Assembly (NCBI GenBank): GCA_038890875.1
Contig: JAWAFA010000001.1
Span: 170,996 to 234,995 of the forward strand
DNA length: 64,000 nucleotides
DNA from: Candidatus Pacearchaeota archaeon
GTDB lineage: Archaea; Nanobdellota; Nanobdellia; Pacearchaeales; JAPDKA01
Direction of reading: 5' to 3'
Position numbers and translations under genes: made by a program. This document shows, piece after piece, positions 49,571 through 59,226 of the stretch. The notes below the pieces were generated by a model that searched no databases, was not told where the DNA came from, and saw only the letters and a list, made by a program, of their open reading frames with translations. Within the stretch, counting starts at the first letter, position 1; every line of letters starts with the position of its first letter.

Positions 49571-50150
49571 AATGCCAATTACAAGTGTTATGAGATACTG
49601 GCCAGTTCCTGATAGCTATTCTAAAGATATACCTCGACAAGGACCTGGATCATTTGCAGAAAATAGACAAGATAGGATACATAGTGGTGTTGATATTTAT
49701 GCTCCAGAAGGAGCAAAAGTTGTTGCTATTGAAAACGGATTAGTTATTGCACAAGGAATTTTTACTTCTCCTAAATTAAACCCTTATTGGAACAAAACTT
49801 ATTATGTAGCAATAAAAACAAACTCTAATTTTATTAACAAATTTTGCGAGTTAAAAGATGTGGTAGTTGAGGTAGGTGATAATGTGAAAGGAGGACAGCT
49901 AATAGGGCATATTGGTGTTGTTTTAAACTTTAGAAAAATAAATGAAGATTCTCCTTTGTACATCCAAAAGTTAAAAGCAGCCAACATAGCTAGCATGCTT
50001 CACTTTGAATTATATTTGAATGAGCTAGTGAATTCAGAAAACTATTTTAGTGGTAATTGGCTTAACTATTCTAAAATGCCAAAGAATTTATTGGATCCTA
50101 CAAGATATTTGTTATCATGTAGGGCTAGTGTACTTGAAAGAAAAATTTAA
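49563..50150 (+). CDS. M23-family peptidase-like protein
   Basis: HSGVDIYAPEG.KVVA, V.VGD.V.GGQLIG, LHFEL, LDP. Confidence 0.8.
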   Translation: MSKMPITSVMRYWPVPDSYSKDIPRQGPGSFAENRQDRIHSGVDIYAPEGAKVVAIENGLVIAQGIFTSPKLNPYWNKTYYVAIKTNSNFINKFCELKDVVVEVGDNVKGGQLIGHIGVVLNFRKINEDSPLYIQKLKAANIASMLHFELYLNELVNSENYFSGNWLNYSKMPKNLLDPTRYLLSCRASVLERKI

Positions 50151-50174
50151 AAGTACTATTTTTTTAAAAATGGA

Positions 50175-50753
50175 ATGTTCTACATAACTGAGATTAATGA
50201 TTATGTAAGAGTAGCCCCGGAGAATTTTGGTTTGCAGTTAAAAGAAGCCGTGATAAAAGAGTTGGAAGAAGTTTACCAAGATTATATTGATGAAGAAATT
50301 GGAGCAGTAATTAAGGTTATCGATGTTATAAGTGTAAGGGAGGGGGTCATTATACCTGAAGATGGAGCAATCTATTATGATTCAACCTTCAGGCTACTCG
50401 TCTTTAAGCCAGCTCTCAACGAAATTGTTTATGGTAAAATCGAGCAAATTACAAACTTCGGTGCTTTTGTGAATCTTGGAGTAATTCAGGCATTAGTTCA
50501 TATTAGTCAGACAATGGAAGATCAAGTAAGCTTTAGCAAGACTAATAGCCTGCTTGGAAAAAATACAAAGAAAAACTTAAAGAAGGGCGATCTGTGCTTG
50601 GCAAGAATAGTTGCTATAAGCTACAAAACAATTCCCCCAAAGATAGGCTTAACAATGCGCCAGCCTGGTCTTGGAAAACTCGAATGGATTGAGAAAGAAA
50701 AAAAGAAAGTTAAAAAAGAGAAAGCTAAACCTAAGAAGGAAAGCAAAGAATAA
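50175..50753 (+). CDS. rpoE1: RNA polymerase subunit Rpo7 (E')
   Basis: VRVAPE.FG, FGAFV, HISQ, KIGLTMRQPGLGK. Confidence 0.95.
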   Translation: MFYITEINDYVRVAPENFGLQLKEAVIKELEEVYQDYIDEEIGAVIKVIDVISVREGVIIPEDGAIYYDSTFRLLVFKPALNEIVYGKIEQITNFGAFVNLGVIQALVHISQTMEDQVSFSKTNSLLGKNTKKNLKKGDLCLARIVAISYKTIPPKIGLTMRQPGLGKLEWIEKEKKKVKKEKAKPKKESKE

Positions 50754-50778
50754 AAAGTTAAATAAAAGTAAGCAAAAA

Positions 50779-50958
50779 ATGAAAAAAGCATGTAAGAAGT
50801 GCAAAAAAGTTTATGATAATCTTGAAGTATGCCCAGAATGTAATGAAAAATTGATACAATCATGGAAAGGATTGCTTATCATTACTGATCCTGAAAGCGA
50901 AATTGCTAAAAAATTAGGAATAAAAAACCCAGGAAAATATGCAATACTTATAAGATAA
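50779..50958 (+). CDS. spt4: Transcription elongation factor Spt4 (RpoE'')
   Basis: ACKKC...CPEC...WKG...DPESEIAKKLGI..PGKYA; start revised. Confidence 0.92.
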   Translation: MKKACKKCKKVYDNLEVCPECNEKLIQSWKGLLIITDPESEIAKKLGIKNPGKYAILIR

Positions 50959-50967
50959 TCACTAAAA

Positions 50968-51276
50968 ATGGAAATTATAAAAAAAGAAATAAGGCGTAAC
51001 CCCTTACTTCATCGAGATGAAATTTATTTACTTATTAAATCAAAAACTACTCCCAGTGAAAAAGAAGTTCAGGAAATTATAAAAAGCAATTTTGCTGTTC
51101 CCGAACAAAATATTGAAGTAAATAAAATTGAGACAAGATTTGGATCACATGAAGTAGTAGTTTATGCTAATATTTATGAAAGTAAAGAATTAGCTAATAA
51201 ATTTAAAAAGGCAAAAAAGAAGAAAGAAAAGAAAGAAGGCGAGAATGTAAAGCAAACAGAAGAAAAGAAGAAATAG
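50968..51276 (+). CDS. rps24e: Ribosomal protein eS24
   Basis: NPLLHRDEI, TPS, TRFG, ANIYES. Confidence 0.9.
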   Translation: MEIIKKEIRRNPLLHRDEIYLLIKSKTTPSEKEVQEIIKSNFAVPEQNIEVNKIETRFGSHEVVVYANIYESKELANKFKKAKKKKEKKEGENVKQTEEKKK

Positions 51277-51304
51277 GAAAAAGAAAAAGTATAAAAAATA
51301 AAGA

Positions 51305-51484
51305 ATGGCTGAAAAAAAAGGCAAAAAAAAGAAAAAAAACAAAACCCCGAGCAAGAGGTGGGAGTATTATGGAGAAAAAAATAAAGCTAGGTTTTGTCCA
51401 AGATGTGGCCCAGGAATATTTCTTGCAAAACACAAAGATAGGTTATACTGCGGGAAATGCCATTATACAGAATTTATTAAATAA
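51305..51484 (+). CDS. rps27ae: Ribosomal protein eS31 (S27ae); not in ORF track
   Basis: Manual translation ...[28 protein letters not shown]. Confidence 0.93.
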   Translation: MAEKKGKKKKKNKTPSKRWEYYGEKNKARFCPRCGPGIFLAKHKDRLYCGKCHYTEFIK

Positions 51485-51507
51485 TCATTGAATTATTATT
51501 TTTAAAA

Positions 51508-51556
51508 CCCTGCCAGAGGTTTAAGCACGAAAAGACCTGCCTAACCTCTGGTGGGG
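51508..51556 (+). other. GC-rich intergenic stem-loop (possible ncRNA or 3' UTR element)
   Basis: CCCTGCCAGAGGTT pairs with AACCTCTGGTGGGG (14 bp, 2 G-U pairs). Confidence 0.5.
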
Positions 51557-51708
51557 AAAAAGAGGTGATATTATTATAAAGTAACTACTATTTAAAAATC
51601 TTTCGGTACTTTAAAGTGATTAAAAAAAATTATTAAAAATAAAGAAAAAATCAGAAAAAATATTTTCGACTATAGAAATGCTTTTAAATTAATCATTTAT
51701 GTTTTATA

Positions 51709-52332
51709 ATGCAAATAAAAGAGGAGATTTTTAGAAAACTTGACACTTTTTTAGGCGATGAAAAAAAGATAGAATTTCTTGAAAATTTGCTAAAAAAAGA
51801 ACTAGATAACGAAACAAAAAAATTCATTATGCTAAAAATAGCTGAGCTATATGAAAAAAAGAATCTTTATAATAGCTCTTTACATTATTTGCTAAGTGCA
51901 GCTACTTTAGCTGATAAATGGTCGGAAAAAATTCCTTTGCTAATGAAAATTACCCAAATCTATATTAAACTTTTTGATTTTATTAATGCAGAAGATTATT
52001 TTAAACAAGCCATCGAAATTTCTAACCTTAATGATATTGAAAGACTTAGGCAAGAATATATTAATTATTATTTAAAAGAAGCAAAGTTTTATGAGCAAAA
52101 AAATCGCTATAGGAAAGCGATAAAATTTTATGAATTTCTTGCTAATAAAGGAATTGAAAGGTATGAGATGTTAAATAAAGTTGCTGATCTTTATGAGCTA
52201 GCTGCTATGCCTGTTGAGGCTGGAAGGATAAGAAGGCAAATTCAGTTTGAGCTTGAAAGCAGACAAGAGAAAGCAGAAGAACAGAAAAGGAAAGCACTTA
52301 TTGAAGAAAGTAGAGCAGAAAGACTTGTTTAA
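51709..52332 (+). CDS. TPR-like helical repeat protein
   Basis: IAELYEKK...AEDYFKQA...KAIKFYE helical repeats. Confidence 0.65.
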   Translation: MQIKEEIFRKLDTFLGDEKKIEFLENLLKKELDNETKKFIMLKIAELYEKKNLYNSSLHYLLSAATLADKWSEKIPLLMKITQIYIKLFDFINAEDYFKQAIEISNLNDIERLRQEYINYYLKEAKFYEQKNRYRKAIKFYEFLANKGIERYEMLNKVADLYELAAMPVEAGRIRRQIQFELESRQEKAEEQKRKALIEESRAERLV

Positions 52333-52383
52333 TTTTTCTCTTTTCAAAAGAAAAATTTAAATGCTGTGATTTTTTATTTTAAA

Positions 52384-55365
52384 ATGAAAATCGAGGACTT
52401 GCAAAAAATTCAGTTTGAGCAAGAAGAAATACTAAAAGAAAATAAAGTTTATGATAAACTTTTTTCTCGAGAAGGTAAGAAATTTTATTTTCTTGAAGGA
52501 CCACCTTATGCAAATGATATCCCTCATATAGGTCATTTAAAAAATGCTGTAATAAAAGACGTGTTAATTAGATCTAAGTTTATGCAAGGCTTTTCTGTTT
52601 TTTTCAAACCAGGTTTTGATACTCATGGCTTGCCTATAGAGAATACAGTTGAAAAAAAACTTGGTTTAAAAAGTAAAAAAGATATTGAAGCTCTTGGCAT
52701 AGACAATTTTATAAAAATATGCAAAGAAAATGCAACACTTAATAAAGATCTTTTTATGTTAGTCTACAAATACGCCGGAGTTCTCTTTCATTTAAAACAA
52801 CCATATTTAACCTATGAAAATTATTATATAGAAAGTGCTTGGTGGACATTCAAGAGACTATGGGAAAAAGGTTTTGTTTATAAAAGCAAGAAGCCAGTAC
52901 ATTTTTGTAGTCATTGTCAAACCTCTCTTGCTGGCTATGAGGTTACAGATAGCTACACGACTTTACGCGACCCAAGTATCTTTATACTTTTCAAATCAAA
53001 AGAAAAAATTAAAGATAAAGAAGCTTATTTTCTTGTCTGGACAACAACACCCTGGACACTTATAAGTAATGTAGCTCTTGCTATCCGCGAAGATGCTGAT
53101 TATGCCTTAGTTCAACTTACTGATGGGAGAAACATCATTCTCGCAGAATCTAGGTTAGAAATTTTAAATGAACTTGGTTATGCTTATACACTAGTTGATA
53201 AAATAAAAGGAAAAGAGTTAATTGGCTTAAATTATGAATCGCTATTAGATTTACCTGTACAACAACAACTAGAGAAAGAAAAAAGCCAAAATCAAAAAAT
53301 ACATACCTTAATTGCAAGTATAGGGATGTTAAAAGAAAGAGTTGCGAGCAAGACGGCTGTGAAAAAAGCAATTGAAACCAAAGAGCTTTATGAAGATTTT
53401 GTAAATTTAAATGAAGGAACAGGTATTGTCCATACTGCTGGTGGGCATGGTAAAACTGACTTCGAGATTAGCATGTACTATGGCTTACCTTGTGTTAGCC
53501 CTTTAGATGATGAATGTAGATTTAATGCTGATGCTGGATGGTTGGAAGGGATTTATGTTAAAGATGCCGATGCAAAGATTATATCCTATCTCGAAGAAAA
53601 TAACAAATTACTCCATGCAACATATATCACCCATACCTATCCTGTTTGCTGGCGTTGCAAAACCCCCCTTATTATAAGACTAAGTGAGCAATATTTCCTT
53701 AATATAAAACCAATCAAACAAAAAATGATTTCAGAGACTGAAAAAGTCGAATGGCTTCCTGAATTTGTAAAAGAAAGAATGTTAAACTGGGTTATCAACG
53801 CCGAAGATTGGAATATAAGCAGACAGCGCTATTGGGGAATTCCTATACCACTGTGGGAGTGCAAGTGTGGAGAGATTAAAGTTATTGCATCATTAAAAGA
53901 GTTGAAAGAGGAGGTAAAGAAAGGAAGAAAAGCTTTGCCAGACAACTTCGATTTGCATAATGCTCTAAAAATAAAACTTACATGTGATGCTTGTGGCGGC
54001 GAAATGATAAAAATACCCTATATCTTTGATGTCTGGTTTGATTCTAGTGTTGCTCCTTGGGCCTCGCTTGGTTATCCTTATTATGACGAGGATCTATTTG
54101 ATAAGCTATGGCCTGTTGATAGAATTAATGAAGGCCAGGATCAGATTAGGGGTTGGTTTTATGTATTACTCTTCTCAGGTATAGCTTGCTTTTCTACATC
54201 TCCTTATAAAACAGTAAGCATGATTGGTTGGGTAGTTGACGAAAAAGGAGAAAAAATGTCTAAGAGTAAGGGAAATGTTATTTATGCTAAAGATGCTATC
54301 CAACAATTAGGAGCAGACCTTTTAAGATTTTATCTCCTCTATGACTCCCCTCCTTATGAAATTCATTCTATTAATCTAAAAAATGCAAGTAAAGAACCAC
54401 TAAAATTTTTCAATACATTGTACAATCTTTATAATTTTTATTCACAAATCGGTCCTGCAGAAAGATCAAATTATGAAAAGATTGATCTTTGGATAATCTC
54501 AAGACTTCACAGGTTGATTAGAGATTATACTCAGGCTATAGAAAATTTTGAACTTAATTCTGCTTTAAGAAAACTTTATGATTTTGTTCTTAATGATCTT
54601 AGCAGAGTTTATCTTAAGATTATTAGGGAGAATGCAGAGAAGAAAAAAATACTTTTGAGAGAGATATTAGAAAATGTTTGTAAATTAACCAGTATTGTAA
54701 GCCCATTTTTTTCTGATTGGCTTTGGCAAAAATTGAAAAAGGATACTAGTAGTGAGAGCATTATATTAGAAAAATGGCCAAAATATAATGAGGCAAGCAT
54801 AGATAATGAACTTGAGGAAAATTTTGCTATTGTCGATAAAATAACTGAATATACTTTCTCATTACGAGCAGAGAACCAAATTAATTTAAGATGGCCTTTA
54901 ACCAATTTATTTATCTTTACCGATGATGAAAAGATTGCTAGTGCTGTAAAAAGATTTGAAAGTATTTTGAAGAGTCAGACAAATGTTAAAAGCATCGTTT
55001 TAGCAAGAGTAAAAGATGTTACGAAAAATGCGAGAGAAATTGCCAAAGGCTTGTTTATTGCTTTAAGCTTAGAGTTAAGCAATGAACTTCTTGCAGAAGG
55101 CTTTGCTAGGGAGATAACAAGACATATCCAAGAGGCAAGAAAGCGGCTCGGGCTTGTTAAAGAAAATGAAATCGAACTCGAGATAATAGTCGATAAAGAG
55201 CTTGAAGAATTATTAAAAAAGTATAAACAAGTAAACTATATAAAAGAAAAAGTAAATGCTACGAGCTTTTATATTGGCCAAGATCAAAAAAATGAAAAAG
55301 TCTTGCATGAAGAAAATTTTGGAGTAAGAGAGAAAATTATCACGATAAGGATAAATAAAAAATAA
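52384..55365 (+). CDS. ileS: Isoleucyl-tRNA synthetase
   Basis: EGPPYAN, HIGH, WTTTPWTL, WNISRQRYWG, DQIRGWF, KMSKS. Confidence 0.96.
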   Translation: MKIEDLQKIQFEQEEILKENKVYDKLFSREGKKFYFLEGPPYANDIPHIGHLKNAVIKDVLIRSKFMQGFSVFFKPGFDTHGLPIENTVEKKLGLKSKKDIEALGIDNFIKICKENATLNKDLFMLVYKYAGVLFHLKQPYLTYENYYIESAWWTFKRLWEKGFVYKSKKPVHFCSHCQTSLAGYEVTDSYTTLRDPSIFILFKSKEKIKDKEAYFLVWTTTPWTLISNVALAIREDADYALVQLTDGRNIILAESRLEILNELGYAYTLVDKIKGKELIGLNYESLLDLPVQQQLEKEKSQNQKIHTLIASIGMLKERVASKTAVKKAIETKELYEDFVNLNEGTGIVHTAGGHGKTDFEISMYYGLPCVSPLDDECRFNADAGWLEGIYVKDADAKIISYLEENNKLLHATYITHTYPVCWRCKTPLIIRLSEQYFLNIKPIKQKMISETEKVEWLPEFVKERMLNWVINAEDWNISRQRYWGIPIPLWECKCGEIKVIASLKELKEEVKKGRKALPDNFDLHNALKIKLTCDACGGEMIKIPYIFDVWFDSSVAPWASLGYPYYDEDLFDKLWPVDRINEGQDQIRGWFYVLLFSGIACFSTSPYKTVSMIGWVVDEKGEKMSKSKGNVIYAKDAIQQLGADLLRFYLLYDSPPYEIHSINLKNASKEPLKFFNTLYNLYNFYSQIGPAERSNYEKIDLWIISRLHRLIRDYTQAIENFELNSALRKLYDFVLNDLSRVYLKIIRENAEKKKILLREILENVCKLTSIVSPFFSDWLWQKLKKDTSSESIILEKWPKYNEASIDNELEENFAIVDKITEYTFSLRAENQINLRWPLTNLFIFTDDEKIASAVKRFESILKSQTNVKSIVLARVKDVTKNAREIAKGLFIALSLELSNELLAEGFAREITRHIQEARKRLGLVKENEIELEIIVDKELEELLKKYKQVNYIKEKVNATSFYIGQDQKNEKVLHEENFGVREKIITIRINKK

Positions 55366-55382
55366 AATAAATAAAAAATAAA

Positions 55383-56273
55383 TTAAAGTAAAACTTGCCC
55401 AGAGTTTCTTGTTAAAATATCACCAAAGCCAAAGCCTGCAGCATAAAAGCTATGCACCAAAATTTCTTTCAAGCTTTCAGTGAGGCTTTTTGGCCTTTTT
55501 ATTTCAACTAGCTCAACACTTTTATTTAAACTTTGCTCAATTTCTTCCTTAACTTCATCAAAGCTCTTTACTCCATCTATCAAACCCTGTTCAACAGCTT
55601 CATCGGCAAGAAAGAATTCACCAGTAGCAAGGTTTTTTATTTCATCAAAACTTTTGTTTCTATTTGCCGCAACTTCACTAACAAAAATGTTGTAAATTTT
55701 TTCGAGTTTTTTCTCGAGAATTACCCTCTCTTCCTCGTCCAAACGCTTTAATGGATTTCCAATTTCTTTATATTCCCCTAGAGCAAACTCGCGATAAGTT
55801 ATATTATACCTCTCAAGTAAGCCTGCAAACTCAAGATAACTTGCGGTTACACCAATACTTCCAATTAAGGAAAACTTGTCAGCATAGATTTTATCAGCAG
55901 CACTTGCAACAAGATAGGCTCCACTAAGTGCGTTATCAGCATAGGCAAAGACACTTTTATTTGTTTTTTCTTTATATTTTTTTATTGCATTAGCAATTCT
56001 AAGACTTGAGCTTGCCGAGCCTCCGCCAGAATTAATATAAAGTAATATTCCGTCGTAGTCATTATTTTTAGTATCTTCTATTGCCTTTAGAATGTCTTGT
56101 GCTGAAGTTTGTCTAAAGTGAAGCCCATCATCAACAATTAGCCCTTCAATCATTATTAGTGCTATTCTCGCTTTACTTTCATGAGGTTTTATACTAACTA
56201 ATATAGTGATTACTAGTGTAATAACAATCAAGGCAGTCACAATTGCAACAATTTTTCTTTTTTTGTTTTTCAT
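55383..56273 (-). CDS. sppA: Signal peptide peptidase SppA (S49)
   Basis: INSGGGS, SGAYLVASAAD, GSIGV; start revised to MKNKK because the longer ORF overlaps the tRNA. Confidence 0.9.
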   Translation of the reverse strand: MKNKKRKIVAIVTALIVITLVITILVSIKPHESKARIALIMIEGLIVDDGLHFRQTSAQDILKAIEDTKNNDYDGILLYINSGGGSASSSLRIANAIKKYKEKTNKSVFAYADNALSGAYLVASAADKIYADKFSLIGSIGVTASYLEFAGLLERYNITYREFALGEYKEIGNPLKRLDEEERVILEKKLEKIYNIFVSEVAANRNKSFDEIKNLATGEFFLADEAVEQGLIDGVKSFDEVKEEIEQSLNKSVELVEIKRPKSLTESLKEILVHSFYAAGFGFGDILTRNSGQVLL

Positions 56274-56278
56274 GGGGA

Positions 56279-56360
56279 CGCCGGGGGTGGGACTCGAACC
56301 CACAAGTCCTTGCGGACGCAGGATTAGCAATCCTGTGCCATACCATTAGGCGACCCCGGC
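56279..56360 (-). tRNA. tRNA-Ser(GCT)
   Basis: Reverse complement GCCGGGG...CCCCGGC-G; anticodon arm CAGGA-TTGCTAA-TCCTG; variable arm. Confidence 0.95.
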
Positions 56361-56466
56361 ATAAAAATAAAAACGCGATTTTGTTTTTAAGTTTTTGTTT
56401 TTATGAGCCTTATGAGCCTCTTTGCTCTTTTCTTTTAATTTTTAAAGTCGGCAATTCTATTATTTA

Positions 56467-57036
56467 ATGCGCGAAATTGTTTATTTTAGTAGGAAAGCAT
56501 GGACAACTGGAAATTTTAAAGACTTAATGAAAGCTGGTAGAATGGATATAGCTTGCCATGCTGTAATAATGAGTTTTTTTATTAGTAATGCAAGAAGACA
56601 AGATGTAGTGCTTCATTTATTTTTTTATGGTCCTCCAGACCCTCCGAAGCATTTAGAAATAAGAAGTGGCGCACCACTAAGCAAAAAAGATATTGCCAGA
56701 ATTATCAAAATAATGTTATTTAAATATAAACAAGGTAAGCGTGTAGAAGCATTACGTGATTGTTTTATTGAGAAAAAAAATTTGTTAAGTTTTATCGAAG
56801 AAAAGATTAAAGAAGGAAAGAAAATTTATTTATGTGATAAAAGAGGAGAAGATATAAGAAAAGTAGAGATAGAAAAAGAAGGCATATTTATTATTGGTGA
56901 CCATCAGGGATTACCACTAAAAGAAAAAAAACGTATTACCCAGATTGCGACAAAACTTTCACTTGGCAAGATAACTTATCTTGCAAGTCAAGCAATAACA
57001 ATCTTACAAAATGAGCTTGATCGAAGAGAGATCTGA
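56467..57036 (+). CDS. trmY: tRNA (pseudouridine54-N1)-methyltransferase TrmY (SPOUT)
   Basis: AGRMDI, GPPDPP, FIIGDHQG, SLG...YLASQ.I. Confidence 0.85.
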   Translation: MREIVYFSRKAWTTGNFKDLMKAGRMDIACHAVIMSFFISNARRQDVVLHLFFYGPPDPPKHLEIRSGAPLSKKDIARIIKIMLFKYKQGKRVEALRDCFIEKKNLLSFIEEKIKEGKKIYLCDKRGEDIRKVEIEKEGIFIIGDHQGLPLKEKKRITQIATKLSLGKITYLASQAITILQNELDRREI

Positions 57037-57079
57037 TTTTATTTGCATAAATTTTTAATATAATAAAACTTGTTTTTTT

Positions 57080-58558
57080 ATGGCAAGGCTTGATGAGATA
57101 AAAAAAGAGAGGTTAAAGAAAATAGAAGAATTAAGAAAGTTAGGGATTAATCCTTATCCTTACTCCTACGCAAAGAAAAACAATTGTGAAGAGATTATAA
57201 AGAAATTTTCAAAAATTAAAGCTGGAGAAGAGACAAAGATAAATGTTAATCTTGCTGGTAGAATAATCAATCTAAGGCAACTTGGGAAAATTGCATTTGC
57301 CAACTTACAAGATGATAGTGGTAGATTACAAATAGTTTTAAGAGAAGATATACTAAAAAATAAGTTTGATTTTTTTAAAAAATATATAGATACTGGTGAT
57401 TTTTTAGGTATTGAAGGAAGAGTTATAAAAACGAAAACAGGTGAGTTAAGTGTATTAGCAAACAAATTTGAAATTCTTTCAAAGGCCATCTTACCTTTAC
57501 CAGAAAAATGGCATGGTTTGAAAAATATTGAAGAGCGCTATCGAATGCGTTATGTTGACCTTATTGTTAACCGAGAAACAAAAAAAATTTTTGTGACAAG
57601 AACAAAAATCATAAATGCTATTCGTGAATTTCTTAATTCGGAAGGCTTTGTTGAAGTTGAAACTCCGTCACTTCAGCTAGTTTATGGAGGTGCCGAAGCT
57701 CGGCCTTTTATAACAGAACTTCATGATTTACATATGAAAGTATATCTTTCAATTTCTCCAGAGCTTTATTTGAAACGCCTTCTTATTGGTGATTTTGAAA
57801 AAGTTTATACGATATGTAAAAACTTCAGAAATGAAGGCATAGACAGAACACATAATCCAGAATTTACAATGTTGGAATGTTATCAAGCATATGCAGATTA
57901 TAATGATATGACTAAACTCTATGAAGAGATATGGAGCTATGTTTTGGACAAACTTGAGAAAGGCAAAGAGATAGAATACCAAGGACAAAAAATAAACTTC
58001 AAAAGATGGCAAAGAGTTACTATGTATGAAGGGCTAAAAAAATATGCTCAAATAGATGTAAAAAAAGCTTCGACGAAAGAATTACTTGAAAAAGCTAAGG
58101 CTTTAGTTCTTGATGTCGACGAAAAAACACCACGTGGTTTAATTATAGCAGAACTTGCAAAAAAGCTTGTTGAACCAAAACTTATTCAACCAACTCATTT
58201 TGTTGACCATCCAAAAGAAACAACACCACTCTGCAAATTAAAACGAGACGATCCAGAACTAATCGAAAGAAACGAACCATTTATTGCAGGCATGGAAGTG
58301 GGAAACATTTATTCTGAGCTTAATGATCCGGAGTTACAGAGAAAATATTTTGAAGAACAGGCAGAGTTTTTGAAGAAGAAAGGTTTAGCCCATCCTTACG
58401 ATAAGGACTTTCTAAACGCACTAAGTTATGGCATGCCACCTGCAGGAGGTTTAGGGCTTGGTATTGATAGAATGGTTATGATTTTAACAAACCAACATTC
58501 AATTCAAGATGTTATTTTGTTTCCTTTTATGAAGTTGCAGGAGGAGCAAAGAAGATAA
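57080..58558 (+). CDS. lysS: Lysyl-tRNA synthetase, class II
   Basis: OB domain, RYRMRYVDL, FRNEGID.THNPEFT, YGMPPAGGLGLGIDR. Confidence 0.96.
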   Translation: MARLDEIKKERLKKIEELRKLGINPYPYSYAKKNNCEEIIKKFSKIKAGEETKINVNLAGRIINLRQLGKIAFANLQDDSGRLQIVLREDILKNKFDFFKKYIDTGDFLGIEGRVIKTKTGELSVLANKFEILSKAILPLPEKWHGLKNIEERYRMRYVDLIVNRETKKIFVTRTKIINAIREFLNSEGFVEVETPSLQLVYGGAEARPFITELHDLHMKVYLSISPELYLKRLLIGDFEKVYTICKNFRNEGIDRTHNPEFTMLECYQAYADYNDMTKLYEEIWSYVLDKLEKGKEIEYQGQKINFKRWQRVTMYEGLKKYAQIDVKKASTKELLEKAKALVLDVDEKTPRGLIIAELAKKLVEPKLIQPTHFVDHPKETTPLCKLKRDDPELIERNEPFIAGMEVGNIYSELNDPELQRKYFEEQAEFLKKKGLAHPYDKDFLNALSYGMPPAGGLGLGIDRMVMILTNQHSIQDVILFPFMKLQEEQRR

Positions 58559-58626
58559 TTAAATTTTGTTATAACTATAAAGTTAGAAAAACGAAAGATT
58601 TTTAAACTTTTATTAAATAATAATTT

Positions 58627-59226
58627 ATGACAAAAAATAAATTAGCATTAGCATTTCTTTCTTTAGCCTTAACTTTATCTTCATGTACAGAATCAAAAAA
58701 CAAAAAAAATGAAATACAGCCAATCAATAAAAAGGTACAAACTAAAATAATAGACGATGAAACAATGAAAAAAATACCTAAGCTTAATCCACCGATTTTG
58801 GCGTCCTGCCTTAGCTGTGATTGTGCTGCTGGGTATAGTAATGATAAAAGTTATCCTTTGCTAACACAAATAAGTAAGGACATGTATGAAGCCTGTTTCC
58901 TTTTAGCTGAGAAAAAATACGAAGAAGCATTAGGGATGGTTAATAAAGTAATTAAAGAAGCTTATGAAGAATATCGACATGAAAGAGTTCGTTGGTCATG
59001 GCATGTTCTTTTTTTATACAAAGCTAAAGCGGATATAGCTATTGAGATGGGTAGATGTGATATTTTAAATGAAGCTGTTAAAAGTATGAAGTCTACATTC
59101 AAAGAATACCCTCCTTATTATAACATATTTGATACAAATAAAGCGCGCAGGCAAGAAGAAATAATCAAAAAGTTGGATAGCTTAGCCGAAGCATGTGCAC
59201 AAAGGGAGAAAATTAAACAGAGATAG
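58627..59226 (+). CDS. Lipoprotein-like hypothetical protein
   Basis: Signal peptide ending in LSSC; helical C-terminus. Confidence 0.55.
   Translation: MTKNKLALAFLSLALTLSSCTESKNKKNEIQPINKKVQTKIIDDETMKKIPKLNPPILASCLSCDCAAGYSNDKSYPLLTQISKDMYEACFLLAEKKYEEALGMVNKVIKEAYEEYRHERVRWSWHVLFLYKAKADIAIEMGRCDILNEAVKSMKSTFKEYPPYYNIFDTNKARRQEEIIKKLDSLAEACAQREKIKQR

Noticed and set aside
56274-56330. sppA N-terminal extension
   Set aside because: It runs through tRNA-Ser(GCT); the real start is 56273
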